Shown one piece after another: positions 39,804 to 50,051 of a stretch of DNA of 64,000 bases; position 1 is the stretch's first letter, and every line of letters starts with the position of its first letter. A program made the translations under genes and the position numbers. The notes beneath the pieces are model-generated. The model worked only from the letters and a program-made list of their open reading frames with translations, had not been told where the DNA came from and did no database searches. The stretch is from Promethearchaeota archaeon. Lineage in GTDB: Archaea > Asgardarchaeota > Lokiarchaeia > Sigyniarchaeales > SOKP01. The stretch spans positions 31,634-95,633 of the forward strand of contig JBHLON010000006.1 of assembly GCA_048940445.1 (NCBI GenBank), read 5' to 3'.

Positions 39804-41699
39804 TCATAACTTTTGATTAACCCATTGATATAATTCTCCCAATAGAACCATCTTATCTTTACTTTTTTTGAGATTGTCTATATTGTTCACATTTAATAGC
39901 CACATTGCAGATTTTAATTCATGTTTTAATGTTTTTATCTCTTTAATTGTATTGATTGTAGTATTGTTATTATAATCATTCCACGCGGAGACAAGGAATT
40001 TATAGGCAAAACCACCAATATCAGCTCCTAATATGATACTTTTTGCGATATCCAAACCTGTTTTTAAGCCCCCTGTAGCAATCAATAACTTATTTGAAGC
40101 TTCTCTGACTTTTAAAATACTTATTGGTGTGGGAATTCCCCATTCCCTAAAAGTATCCGCTATTTTTCGAGAAAATACTTCATAATCTGAGTTATCACGA
40201 AAAGCCTCAATCGCTGCAAAACTGGTACCTCCTGTTCCTCCTACATCAAATCCATTAAATCCCAAAAGATCAAGTTTTATGGCTAAATCCTTATTAAAAC
40301 CAGTTCCAACCTCCTTTGCTATCAAAGGAATTTTTGCAGCTTTTTTTACTTTTACAAAATTCTCTTGAAAATTACGATATGAGAGATCTCCATTACGCTG
40401 CACTAATTCATGTAAAGCATTAAAATGAATAGCCATCGCATCAGCGTTTACTATTTTGACGCATTCCTCAAACTGATTTTGTCCAAAATCAGGATGACTT
40501 ATTTGCCCTATACCAATATTCCCTATTATTGGTATATTAGGAGCAACTTCACGAACAACTTTAAATGAATCTATAGTAGATAGATCTTCTACAGCTATTC
40601 TTTGACTTCCCACACTCATTATAATATTTTCCGATTCAGCAGCTAAGGCTAGAATTTTATTAATTGCCTTGGAAATGGGATGTCCTCCTGTTATTGCTGC
40701 TATACAAATAGGAGCAGATATATATTTGCTAAAGAATCGAGTAGAAAGATCTACATCATTAAAATCTATTTCAGGAAGAGCATGATGTATAAGTTTTATA
40801 TCTTCAAAATAATTTTTTGAATGTTGGACATTAAATTTTAAAGGTATTTCTAAATGATCTAATTTTCTAGAATATATTTCATTTTTGAGTGGAATCTTTG
40901 ATTCTGGTTTAATATATGTACATGTTAATTTCTGATCCCGTAATGCCTTAAAAACATAATTTTCCTTCAATCCATTAATAACTTGAATGGGGATATCTAA
41001 TTCACTAATCTTTTTCATCATTGCTAGTTTTCCTTTAATTCCTCCGGTAACATCTATTTTTTCATCAAGTTTAGCTAATTGGATTTCATCTATTTCGCTT
41101 GAAGCTATTTCTAAGGCTAGTTTTGAATGATCTTTATCTTGAATATATAAGCCATCTTTTTCTATTGCAAAAATAACTTTAATAATTCTTTTTCGGTATT
41201 TTTTACATAATTCAAAAATAATTCGATCGCCTGAAAGTATTGAAAAAGATCCTCCCTTAGTGAATAGAATGTCACCATATAGTATAGGAAGAATGCCAAG
41301 ATTTAATATAGCGTCAATAGAATCCATTGATTCAAATGAGACTGTATTTGCATCTTGAATAAATATAGTCGACGGTTGAACTGAAATTGCTGGAGAATTT
41401 TTTTCAATAAACTGACGAACAATAAGAGAATTGAGTTCATTCATGGCTTTATGAGTTTTAGAAAGTCCTACTAATTGATCCTTAACTAAAGGGTTTAAAC
41501 CTTTAGAGATTTGATATTCTTTTGCTAACGGATGCCCAAATGATCCTCCTCCGTGAACGAGAATTAATTTTTGATTACTTTTAATGATTTGTTCGATTGT
41601 ATCATTAATTATATCTTTTCTTAGAGAAAAAGGATCATTTTTCTCTGTTAACAGACTACCTCCCAATTTTAATAGATAAATTCTATTAGATTCCATCAA
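39804..41699 (-). CDS. fni: Fusion of isopentenyl phosphate kinase and type 2 IPP isomerase
   Basis: N-half KLGGS, HGGGSFGH, SGD, DVTGG; C-half RKLDH, AITGG, VGSQR, KEVGTG, GGTSF, WGIPT. Confidence 0.9.
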   Translation of the reverse strand: MMESNRIYLLKLGGSLLTEKNDPFSLRKDIINDTIEQIIKSNQKLILVHGGGSFGHPLAKEYQISKGLNPLVKDQLVGLSKTHKAMNELNSLIVRQFIEKNSPAISVQPSTIFIQDANTVSFESMDSIDAILNLGILPILYGDILFTKGGSFSILSGDRIIFELCKKYRKRIIKVIFAIEKDGLYIQDKDHSKLALEIASSEIDEIQLAKLDEKIDVTGGIKGKLAMMKKISELDIPIQVINGLKENYVFKALRDQKLTCTYIKPESKIPLKNEIYSRKLDHLEIPLKFNVQHSKNYFEDIKLIHHALPEIDFNDVDLSTRFFSKYISAPICIAAITGGHPISKAINKILALAAESENIIMSVGSQRIAVEDLSTIDSFKVVREVAPNIPIIGNIGIGQISHPDFGQNQFEECVKIVNADAMAIHFNALHELVQRNGDLSYRNFQENFVKVKKAAKIPLIAKEVGTGFNKDLAIKLDLLGFNGFDVGGTGGTSFAAIEAFRDNSDYEVFSRKIADTFREWGIPTPISILKVREASNKLLIATGGLKTGLDIAKSIILGADIGGFAYKFLVSAWNDYNNNTTINTIKEIKTLKHELKSAMWLLNVNNIDNLKKSKDKMVLLGELYQWVNQKL

Positions 41700-41736
41700 A
41701 CTTAATTACCATTTAAATTTTCTTTCTAAATTGGTT

Positions 41737-42703
41737 TTAACCAATCATTGTTTTCCAAATTGAAAATCCTTCGTTTTTAATTGCGTTAAAGACTTGTTCT
41801 TGGGAAATTTCGTCGGAATTTAATGCTATCACCAATCCTCCTCGTCCTGTTCCAGTCATTTTCGCTCCTATGGCGCCATTGTTTAGAGCTATTTCCACAA
41901 TTTTATCATTTATTTCTCCTGAAACCGTCATCACTCGTAGTAATTTATGATTTTGATTCATTAATGCTCCAACAATGTCCTTTTTACCTTTAATTAACGC
42001 TTTTTTAGCGTGTTTAGCGATTTCCTTATATTCACTAAATATTGATTTAAATTTGTCTGAGTTTTCTTCTTTCAATTTACGAACATCCTCGACGACCTCT
42101 GCAGTAGAAGCCGTTATTCCAGTATCAGCAATCACTAAATGCATTTTACTTTTTGATTTTAAACGATCAATAGTGTTTTTCCCACCTTTTAAGTTCTTTA
42201 TAAACCAGATCAACCCTCCATAGGTAGATGCTGTATTATCAATACCAGAAGGCGTTCCATGGTATGCCATTTCCCCAGCATAAGCAGCAGCGTTAATTTT
42301 TTCATCATCTAAATTAAGTTTAAATTCTTCATTAAGTGCCCGTGCAAGAGATGTACATTGAGCGGCTGAAGCACCTACTCCACTTGTAGCAACCAAATCG
42401 CCACTAAATTTAATCTCTAGTCTATTATTAACTACATCAATCTTTAAAAATTCTAAAACATTTTTTATAGCTTCATTAGCTTCATTCTGCTTTTTTTCTT
42501 TATAACCAGATGTTGCCATTCGTTGGTCATCAACATACCATCCTTGACCATCTACAACTTTAACGGTAGTGATTGTCATTGACCCTAAAGCAGATGCAAT
42601 AGCGGGAAGACCATAAACCACGAAATGTTAGTGTTTACTCCCTAATTGGGAAATAAAACTCACCAAAAAGGATGATCTTTCCATAACCTTTTCCAGTACC
42701 CAT
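41737..42703 (-). CDS. mvk: Mevalonate kinase, split: exon 1 42703-42659, exon 2 42627-41737
   Basis: Joined exons give MGTGKGYGKIILFGEHFVVYG; GVGASAA, HGTPSGIDN, GAKMTGTGRGG; SD GAGGTGA before ATG 42703. Confidence 0.92.
42628..42658 (-). other. Candidate 31-nt BHB-type mRNA intron in mvk
   Basis: GGTG-AG^T-TTTATTTCC..GGGAGTAAA-CACT-AA^C; frameshifting, with in-frame TAA; removal restores FGE|HF. Confidence 0.88.
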
Positions 42704-42767
42704 AAATTTCACCTCTTTTTTTAACCTAGATAATTTATTTTAATTTTAATAAAAAGTTTTATGAAAA

Positions 42768-43160
42768 TCATTCAAGAATCTCAACTGTTCCTTCAGTACC
42801 ATTTACCATTATTTGGTCATCATTTTTAATTTTATCAATTTCGATCAGATCTACGCAAGGAATTTCACTTATGATGCACCCTACTGCAATAATAGTGTCA
42901 ATATTCTTGTTAATTATCGCTAAAGGAGCAGTCTTGTTTTTTTTCATTCGATACATGGTATAAGATCCTACCGTAGATCCTTTTCCAGTAGGAAATACTA
43001 AAATCTTCCCAGTAATTGTTTGTCCTTCTAATTCATGACCCACTTCAACCACGTTTCCAGAATCAGGATCAACTCCTCCATAAAATGAAATTCCTTCTTT
43101 GGTTACCATAGCTTTTCCTGAGACGATCCCTTGATATATTTTCCTCCCTTTTAATTTCAT
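42768..43160 (-). CDS. Phosphomevalonate dehydratase small subunit (AcnX swivel domain, DUF126)
   Basis: ISFYGGVDP..G, GKGSTVGSY; pathway context. Confidence 0.88.
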   Translation of the reverse strand: MKLKGRKIYQGIVSGKAMVTKEGISFYGGVDPDSGNVVEVGHELEGQTITGKILVFPTGKGSTVGSYTMYRMKKNKTAPLAIINKNIDTIIAVGCIISEIPCVDLIEIDKIKNDDQIMVNGTEGTVEILE

Positions 43161-44350
43161 TTTATGGCCTCCTCAACACATTGTTCAATTGTCCCAATCT
43201 TTACTTTAAATTTATTTTTTGCCCTTCCATAATAACAAGCTTTAGCTGAATCAACCATGATTCCTTTGAAACGGCCCTTAATCGGTGCAACAACGCAACA
43301 AGTATCTGCTGCAAACTTGGCACCTGCTTGTTCAATTATATTAGTATACCCGGCCTTATCAGCAACATTTTTGGTTGGTCGGGCAGTGGTTATCCAAAAT
43401 TCCTTCTTTACTTTCTTTCCTTCAAGTAATTTTGCTATTAATGCTAGTTCATGAATAGAGGCATGAGGACATCCTACACTTACGAAATCTACTTTAAGAT
43501 CTTTGTCAGTAAGATCCTGACGAGCTTTTTTTATATCCTCCTGATTTATCTGAAAAGAAATATCATTCGGTTTAGGATATTTGTTAAATTCTGGAGTAAT
43601 ATTTTCCATATGAAACAAGGCTGTCCCTCCATAAGTAGCAATTGAAGCACAAAATGACTTGAGTTCTTCAACAGTAGCAACCGGAATTCCCGTAATATAA
43701 GGGATTTTACATCCTGTTTCTACTAATTTATCCCCAATTATTTTTCCTAACAAACCAAATTCATCGCTATCTTTAACGTGCACATTAATGTTAAATAATA
43801 CTTGTCCATGACGATTTTTATCTAAATGATAACCATAATTAGGAGTTTTTCCAGTTAAAGCAGCTGCTAAAGCACTCGGTCCACCTTCGCGATTAGTTTT
43901 AGCTCCAATAACTGAGTTAGAGTAACATACAGCACTACTTTCAGCCCAAGCAATATGTTCTCCATAGTGAGGAGTATTTCCAATTAGATATGGAGTACAT
44001 GAACAAGTCGTAATAATTCCCATTTTAGCAAAAGCATCTATAGCACGATTTTGATTTTGTGCAAATTCCTCACTTATTCCCAATACTTCCCAATTTTCAC
44101 GATCCATACCAGCTGGATTCAAAGTGGTTAAAACTCTAACTTGCCCATCTTCGGCCATTTCATTGAGAAATTCTAAGCCTGCTTCACCTAAATTATCATA
44201 AGAAACTCCAGCTATCTGAACACTAGATACATCGATCATGTTTTCTGCATTAAAAATTTCTCCTAATGTTGTTAGGATCTCCATTGATTTTTGAGTAGCT
44301 TTACCGTATTTTCCATATAGCATATCTTTCTCTTCGGGTTTTAATTGCAT
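43157..44350 (-). CDS. Phosphomevalonate dehydratase large subunit (AcnX catalytic domain, DUF521)
   Basis: TTLNP, CSCTPY, WAESSA, GCPHAS, DTCCVV; ATG 44350 preferred. Confidence 0.88.
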   Translation of the reverse strand: MQLKPEEKDMLYGKYGKATQKSMEILTTLGEIFNAENMIDVSSVQIAGVSYDNLGEAGLEFLNEMAEDGQVRVLTTLNPAGMDRENWEVLGISEEFAQNQNRAIDAFAKMGIITTCSCTPYLIGNTPHYGEHIAWAESSAVCYSNSVIGAKTNREGGPSALAAALTGKTPNYGYHLDKNRHGQVLFNINVHVKDSDEFGLLGKIIGDKLVETGCKIPYITGIPVATVEELKSFCASIATYGGTALFHMENITPEFNKYPKPNDISFQINQEDIKKARQDLTDKDLKVDFVSVGCPHASIHELALIAKLLEGKKVKKEFWITTARPTKNVADKAGYTNIIEQAGAKFAADTCCVVAPIKGRFKGIMVDSAKACYYGRAKNKFKVKIGTIEQCVEEAIK

Positions 44351-44360
44351 ATTTATCACT

Positions 44361-45674
44361 TTAAACAAAATATTTTTCTAAATCTACATTCGGGAATTTT
44401 GCTTTATTGAAATCTTTTCCTTTTGTTTGCATAGGTTTAGTAAAATCAAATCCTATCTTTGTCGTTAATTTTGTTCCAAGTTCAGCACTTGGATCTAAAC
44501 TACTTCCTGGTTCTTTATCTTTTATTATCATTCTTTTATCTCCTTGAAACCTAGTTGCCATAGCCCATTCTATAGATAATGGGTCATAGATATCAATATC
44601 TTTATCAACTATAAAAACATGCTTACAGCTACTATGCCCTGTAAATGCACCTTGAATTGCTTTTTTGCCATCATCTTCAGAATTTTTATCAATTTTAACA
44701 ATGGCATGCAACCATGAACATCCTCCTGGATTAATATTTACATCCAAACATTTTACACCCATTTCATTTACTTTATTAAAGATGGTGGGCTCACGAGGCA
44801 TACCCATTAAAATCTTATGTTCTAGGGCACCAGGTAGTAAAGCTTGCCAAATTGCATTTTTTCTATGAGTAATTTTCTTAACTTCAAATACAGGTTCTTC
44901 TCTGATAATATCATAAGTTTCCGTTAAATCAACAAATGGCCCTTCAGCGTGTTTCTCCTCTAAATAAACTCTTCCTTCTAAAACAAATTCAGTTTCTGCT
45001 GGAATAAGCAAATCAACAGACTTCGCTTTAACGACTTTAATTGATTCCAATGCATTTGCGATAGTTAATTCATCAATTCCCATATCAACCGAAGTAGCTC
45101 CAGCAATAAGGATATTTGGAGTATTTCCTATACAATACGCAACATCCAACTCTCCATTCTTTATTAAAAATTTATCAAAATGACGCCCTTTTACTACTCT
45201 TGTAGAAAATTTATCTTTAGAAAATTGCATAGCTCTATGAAAGTCTAGGTTTTGACCATATTCAGGGTCTCTAGTTACCACTACGGCAGAACTTATATAA
45301 TTTCCTCCATCTTTTTCACAATGAAATAAAATTGGGATTTGATCTAAATCTACATTCGGTTCTACCACTTCTTGGCAACGAGCTGTTGAAACTAATTGGG
45401 GTTCTGAGCGATTTAATATAGCTTTTGAAAGTTTTGGTATAAGATCAACTGGAGTAATTCCGAAGTAAGAAGCAACTGCACTTTTAGTACAAAACATATT
45501 ACCAACTACACGAAAATCAGATTCTTTAACATTATTAAAAAGTACAGGAGTGGGTTCCAATTCTTTTAGGATACCAGAAATTTCCAATTTCCGTGAAACT
45601 TCACCTTCTACCTTTTTAAGTACACCGTTATCATCAATCTTGTTTAAATATTCTCTAAATCCCACATTTACCAC
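44361..45674 (-). CDS. ubiD: UbiD-family decarboxylase (anhydromevalonate phosphate decarboxylase by context)
   Basis: DGGNY, FHR, EGPFVD, VD.DID, EWAMATR, SSLDPS. Confidence 0.88.
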   Translation of the reverse strand: MVNVGFREYLNKIDDNGVLKKVEGEVSRKLEISGILKELEPTPVLFNNVKESDFRVVGNMFCTKSAVASYFGITPVDLIPKLSKAILNRSEPQLVSTARCQEVVEPNVDLDQIPILFHCEKDGGNYISSAVVVTRDPEYGQNLDFHRAMQFSKDKFSTRVVKGRHFDKFLIKNGELDVAYCIGNTPNILIAGATSVDMGIDELTIANALESIKVVKAKSVDLLIPAETEFVLEGRVYLEEKHAEGPFVDLTETYDIIREEPVFEVKKITHRKNAIWQALLPGALEHKILMGMPREPTIFNKVNEMGVKCLDVNINPGGCSWLHAIVKIDKNSEDDGKKAIQGAFTGHSSCKHVFIVDKDIDIYDPLSIEWAMATRFQGDKRMIIKDKEPGSSLDPSAELGTKLTTKIGFDFTKPMQTKGKDFNKAKFPNVDLEKYFV

Positions 45675-45751
45675 TTTTAATTCTTCATGACAAAATTACT
45701 ATTATTAAAAATAAGGTTATAATTAAAGGAGTTTATGAATCACTTAAAAAG

Positions 45752-47032
45752 CTAAAGGTTTTTTTTGTTAATTATTTCATTTAATAACTTTTTAGCATAA
45801 TCGACTCGTATTTTATTATCTTCAACTAATTTATCTGCAACCTTTTCAATAAGATGATCTGGTACTCCTGCTAATTTAGCAATATTACGAGAGTGAAGCG
45901 TCATGTGACCTTTTTGAATACCTTCTGCTGCTAGAGCTCGTAAAGCCGCAACATTTTGGGCTAATCCTACTGCGGCAGCTACTTGACATAACTCCTGAGA
46001 GGTTTTTACTCCTAACATTTTTAGGTTTAATCGTGCCATAGGATGAATCTTTGTCATTCCACCAATAATCCCTAAAGCCAAGGGAATTTCAATCTCTCCG
46101 ATTAGATGTCCATCTTTGTCTATTGTAAAACTAGTCAAAGGAGTATATTTCCCATTTAATGAAGCATAAGCATGAGCTCCAGATTCAATAGCTCTTGTAT
46201 CATTTCCAGTTGCTAAAGTGAGAGCAACTATTCCATTCATAATTCCTTTATTATGAGTTGTAGCACGATAAGGATCAGCAACCGCAAATTCGTATGCGTT
46301 TAATATCCCCTCAACAACCTTCTCTCCTCCTAGTAATTCTCTATCGAACTTAGCTTTACATTTTGCAATTCGATGAATTGCTAAATTTGAAACAATTCGT
46401 AAATAAATCAATCCTCCCGTTAATTCCTCGATATAAGGTGTAAGGGCTTCAGCCATAGTATTAACCACATTTGCACCCATTGCATCCAAGACATTAACTA
46501 GTAAATGTAAAATTAACATCTTTCCCTTCCTTGTACTAAGCTCTCTGAGTTCAAAATCATAGGCTCCTCCTCCAAGTTTATGTAAAAGAGGATCTTGATC
46601 ATTAGCAATCTTCAGTAAATCTTGTTTATGCTCTAATAGCAAGTTTTTAGCTAACTTGATATCTTTTAGATTAGTAATTTGGATCTGAGAGATCATTATT
46701 GAATTTACTTTTTCGGCGAAAAAACCTCCATGTTTTCTAGCAATTTTAGCAGCGTTTGAAGCAGCTGCCACTACTGATGGTTCTTCTATTACCATAGGGA
46801 TGAGGTAATCTTTATTATTTATTTTGAAGTTACATGCTATACCAATTGGTAATTGATAAGATCCAACCACATTTTCAATCAAAGTATCTATCTGAGTATC
46901 TGTGAAATATCCTAAATTTTTAAGTAATCTTAAATCTTCATCATCTAAATCAATAAGTTCAGTAAGTATTTTCTGACGCTCCTTTAATGATAATTTATAA
47001 AATCCCGAAAGATCAGAATGGAATGTACTCAT
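45752..47032 (-). CDS. mvaA: HMG-CoA reductase, class II
   Basis: IENVVG, EEPSVVAAAS, DAMGAN, THNKGIMNG, GIQKGHM. Confidence 0.95.
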   Translation of the reverse strand: MSTFHSDLSGFYKLSLKERQKILTELIDLDDEDLRLLKNLGYFTDTQIDTLIENVVGSYQLPIGIACNFKINNKDYLIPMVIEEPSVVAAASNAAKIARKHGGFFAEKVNSIMISQIQITNLKDIKLAKNLLLEHKQDLLKIANDQDPLLHKLGGGAYDFELRELSTRKGKMLILHLLVNVLDAMGANVVNTMAEALTPYIEELTGGLIYLRIVSNLAIHRIAKCKAKFDRELLGGEKVVEGILNAYEFAVADPYRATTHNKGIMNGIVALTLATGNDTRAIESGAHAYASLNGKYTPLTSFTIDKDGHLIGEIEIPLALGIIGGMTKIHPMARLNLKMLGVKTSQELCQVAAAVGLAQNVAALRALAAEGIQKGHMTLHSRNIAKLAGVPDHLIEKVADKLVEDNKIRVDYAKKLLNEIINKKNL

Positions 47033-47219
47033 TTAATTATAACCAACTTTTTTTTAAATAATATTTAGATTCATATTTTTGATTAATTTTACCATAAGAA
47101 ATTAAACTAGAATTAAATTATCGGAAATAATTACAAAAAATAATACATTTAATTATTAAATGCTTATCATTATTAATTGAAATATTTCTTAACATAAAAT
47201 CTAAATTTTGTGGTAAAAA

Positions 47220-47783
47220 GTGATCCTTATAGCAATTACGGGTGCCACAGGAATCTCATTAGCTATTGAATTATTGAAGATCTTGAAAGAAAAGAACGTT
47301 TCTACTGAATTAATTATTTCAAAGGCTGCAAAAGTAGTATTAAATAGCGAAACTGAACTTAAGCTTTCATACTTCAATAACTTGGCTACTTATATATATG
47401 ATGTTGATGATCTTGGATCACCTCCCGCAAGTGGGTCTCATAAATTAGATGCTATGATTATTGTGCCTTGTACAATGAAAACATTAGCATCTATTGCTCA
47501 TGGATATGCGGATAATTTAATTACAAGAGCTGCTGATGTAACGATAAAAGAAAAACGAAAACTTGTTTTAGTAGTAAGGGAAAGCCCACTAAGTGCAATA
47601 CATCTTGAAAATATGCTTAAACTTGCGAAATTGGGAGTAATAATAGCACCCCCCGTTCCTTCCTATTATATCAAACCTAAAAGTGTTTCTGAATTGATTA
47701 ACCATAGTGTAGGAAGAATTCTTGATCAAATAGAAATTGATAGTGGAATAAAAAGGTGGAAGGATGAACAATTGGAGAGTTAA
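47220..47783 (+). CDS. ubiX: Flavin prenyltransferase
   Basis: ITGATG, PASGS, PCTMKTL, RAADV..KE.R, RESPL. Confidence 0.95.
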   Translation: MILIAITGATGISLAIELLKILKEKNVSTELIISKAAKVVLNSETELKLSYFNNLATYIYDVDDLGSPPASGSHKLDAMIIVPCTMKTLASIAHGYADNLITRAADVTIKEKRKLVLVVRESPLSAIHLENMLKLAKLGVIIAPPVPSYYIKPKSVSELINHSVGRILDQIEIDSGIKRWKDEQLES

Positions 47784-48090
47784 TTTGGATTCATTTGAAA
47801 TAGGAGATGATTTACTCCTTACATTAACTGGTGGAAATAAGCCCCACATTGGTGCTATTGCTTTAGCAATTCCTTATAAACAAACTTCAAGCGCAAGTCT
47901 ACTTAGTGTATATGGCCATAAAGATGGAGAAATTGCGAAACCAATCGCAGAAAAAGTCTCTAAAAAATTACACAAAAATGTTGTAGTCATTGTAGGAATT
48001 CACCTTGATAACGCTACCGAAAACGATATAAAAAACTTAATAGATAACTCATACTCCGAAGTAGATAAATTCTTAGATGAATGTAGATAA
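47764..48090 (+). CDS. lpdD: LpdD-like prenylated-FMN chaperone
   Basis: GG..PHIGA, GHKD, GIHLDNAT; overlaps the end of ubiX. Confidence 0.75.
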   Translation: MNNWRVNLDSFEIGDDLLLTLTGGNKPHIGAIALAIPYKQTSSASLLSVYGHKDGEIAKPIAEKVSKKLHKNVVVIVGIHLDNATENDIKNLIDNSYSEVDKFLDECR

Positions 48091-48113
48091 TTTATAGATT
48101 TTTTGATTTGTAA

Positions 48114-49742
48114 TCAATAAATCTTCTCTATAGGAACATAAGTAGGTGTCCAATTCAATAGTCCTAGCGCTTCCGCGTTTTTATCTACATGATTAACTCT
48201 TCTTATTTCATATTCTAAGGTATTTCCTTCCATAACAGATCCATCAATTCTTACTAATCCTTGGCTTAAATAGCTTAAATCGTTATCTTTATCAAATGTT
48301 ACAGGTTGCGAATCTAAGATTGCGAATAATGGAAAAAATCTCTCATGAAACCCAGAATGACCCTTCGGGCAATGATTTAATCCTTCAATATTTGGAATAA
48401 TACATCCATCATCGCAAAAATGAAGTTTAAAGCCTCGATGATTATTTTTTTCATGCTCAATGATTTTTCCAAGGGAAATCTTTTCTTTGAATTTTCCTTC
48501 CTTTATCAATTCATATTCCTGAACACTTCTTTTTTCCTTGATCGTAATAAAATCACTGATTTTAGGTGGTTTCCCTACAATCTCCTTGAATCTTGGCTGT
48601 ATCTTTAATAAACCTGAAATACAGGTTGCTCCTGAGCCATAGGAGCCAAAATAAAGAGTATCATTAGCATGAGCATACTCTTCAACTATATAGAGAAGTT
48701 GACTCCAAACTGCAGCATTGTACATATTCCCAAAATGAGACGGAACTCTTAATTGTGGAAGTACTTTATATTTTACGTTTTCTAATATTTGATGTGAAAC
48801 TTTTTCTAAAGTTTGTGAAGAATATCCACGTTCTCGTAATTTTAAATAAATATATTCTGGAAGAACGGTAATATCGTGCAAGAAGGAATTTAATTTCGTT
48901 TTAATTGATTTTTTTATTGTTAAATTAGGTCTTATTTTTGGTAAAGCATTGATATGATTTACCCAACGTTTTTGAATGATTTGTTGCATAATTTTAATTG
49001 GTAATTTAGCAAAAGGTGCATGAAAGGTGTAATAATCTGCATGAAAATCACCTAAATTTTTAATTAGATCATCATACGCACTTAACTGAAAGTTCAAATA
49101 GGTATCGACAGAGTATTGCCCAAATGCATTAGCGTTTATTTCGTTTGCTGATCTCCAAAAATCGTTTACATTTCCCGAAATCTTTCCGAACTTTTTACTG
49201 AAAGTAGCAATTCTAGGATTTTTAGATATAATAAGAGCCACCGCACCAGATCCTTGAGTAGGCTCACTAGGTGAATTCATCTCATAAGAAGAGATATCAG
49301 CTGAGATCACCAGAGCTCTTTCAATCACTTCTTTTTCAACCAAAGCAATAGCATTCAATAAAGCCAAAGTCCCACCAGCGCAAGCATTGTAACAATCTTG
49401 CGTCAGAACGTTCCTTGGAATACCAAGTAACTCTGCATAGATATTTGAAACAGATTTTACGGCATATGTTATAGTCTCGGTACCACAAAATACCGCATCT
49501 ATAGATTTGGGAGAGATATTACCTTTAACGAGAGCATTATATCCTGCTTTTAACCCTATTGAAATAATGTCTTCATCTACGGCAGGTAATCGCATTTCAA
49601 TCGTCATTAACCCCTTTTTATATTTATTGGGATCAACTTTTCTCTCGAATGCTAAATCTTTTAATTTTAAATAATACTTTGGGGCGTAAAAGCCAGCACT
49701 ATCAATTCCAATATCAGAAAACAAGAGTTCATTATTAATCAT
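48114..49742 (-). CDS. HMG-CoA synthase with C-terminal DUF35-like (Zn ribbon/OB) extension
   Basis: GTET, NACAGG, EPTQGSGA, FHAPF, GNMY, GSYGSG; tail FCDDGC...CPKGH. Confidence 0.88.
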   Translation of the reverse strand: MINNELLFSDIGIDSAGFYAPKYYLKLKDLAFERKVDPNKYKKGLMTIEMRLPAVDEDIISIGLKAGYNALVKGNISPKSIDAVFCGTETITYAVKSVSNIYAELLGIPRNVLTQDCYNACAGGTLALLNAIALVEKEVIERALVISADISSYEMNSPSEPTQGSGAVALIISKNPRIATFSKKFGKISGNVNDFWRSANEINANAFGQYSVDTYLNFQLSAYDDLIKNLGDFHADYYTFHAPFAKLPIKIMQQIIQKRWVNHINALPKIRPNLTIKKSIKTKLNSFLHDITVLPEYIYLKLRERGYSSQTLEKVSHQILENVKYKVLPQLRVPSHFGNMYNAAVWSQLLYIVEEYAHANDTLYFGSYGSGATCISGLLKIQPRFKEIVGKPPKISDFITIKEKRSVQEYELIKEGKFKEKISLGKIIEHEKNNHRGFKLHFCDDGCIIPNIEGLNHCPKGHSGFHERFFPLFAILDSQPVTFDKDNDLSYLSQGLVRIDGSVMEGNTLEYEIRRVNHVDKNAEALGLLNWTPTYVPIEKIY

Positions 49743-50051
49743 TAAAAATTCCTCGTAACTCTATGGTATAATTCACTAATACATTCATTTAATAGAATAA
49801 TGATTTATTCAAATGTTTATTTTATTAATGAATATACATGCAAGATTTAAAACTTTATGGCTTATTGGGATTGTTTATACTAATATCTTTAAAATTATTA
49901 ATGATTCATAATCTTAGAAGTATTAAATTCAATTTTTTTTAAAATTTTTTGACAAAGATTTCATTTCCAATAAGTTCATTTTTATAATTAGAAATATTAA
50001 CATTGGTAACTATTGAAAGAATCTTTAATCAAATTACAAAGAAGAAGTAAA

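Noticed and set aside
35702-42703. Treating GH38 and mvk as pseudogenes or assembly errors
   Set aside because: Each has a single lesion whose ends coincide with BHB cleavage positions; the inserts are not duplications of flanking sequence and the rest of each gene is intact
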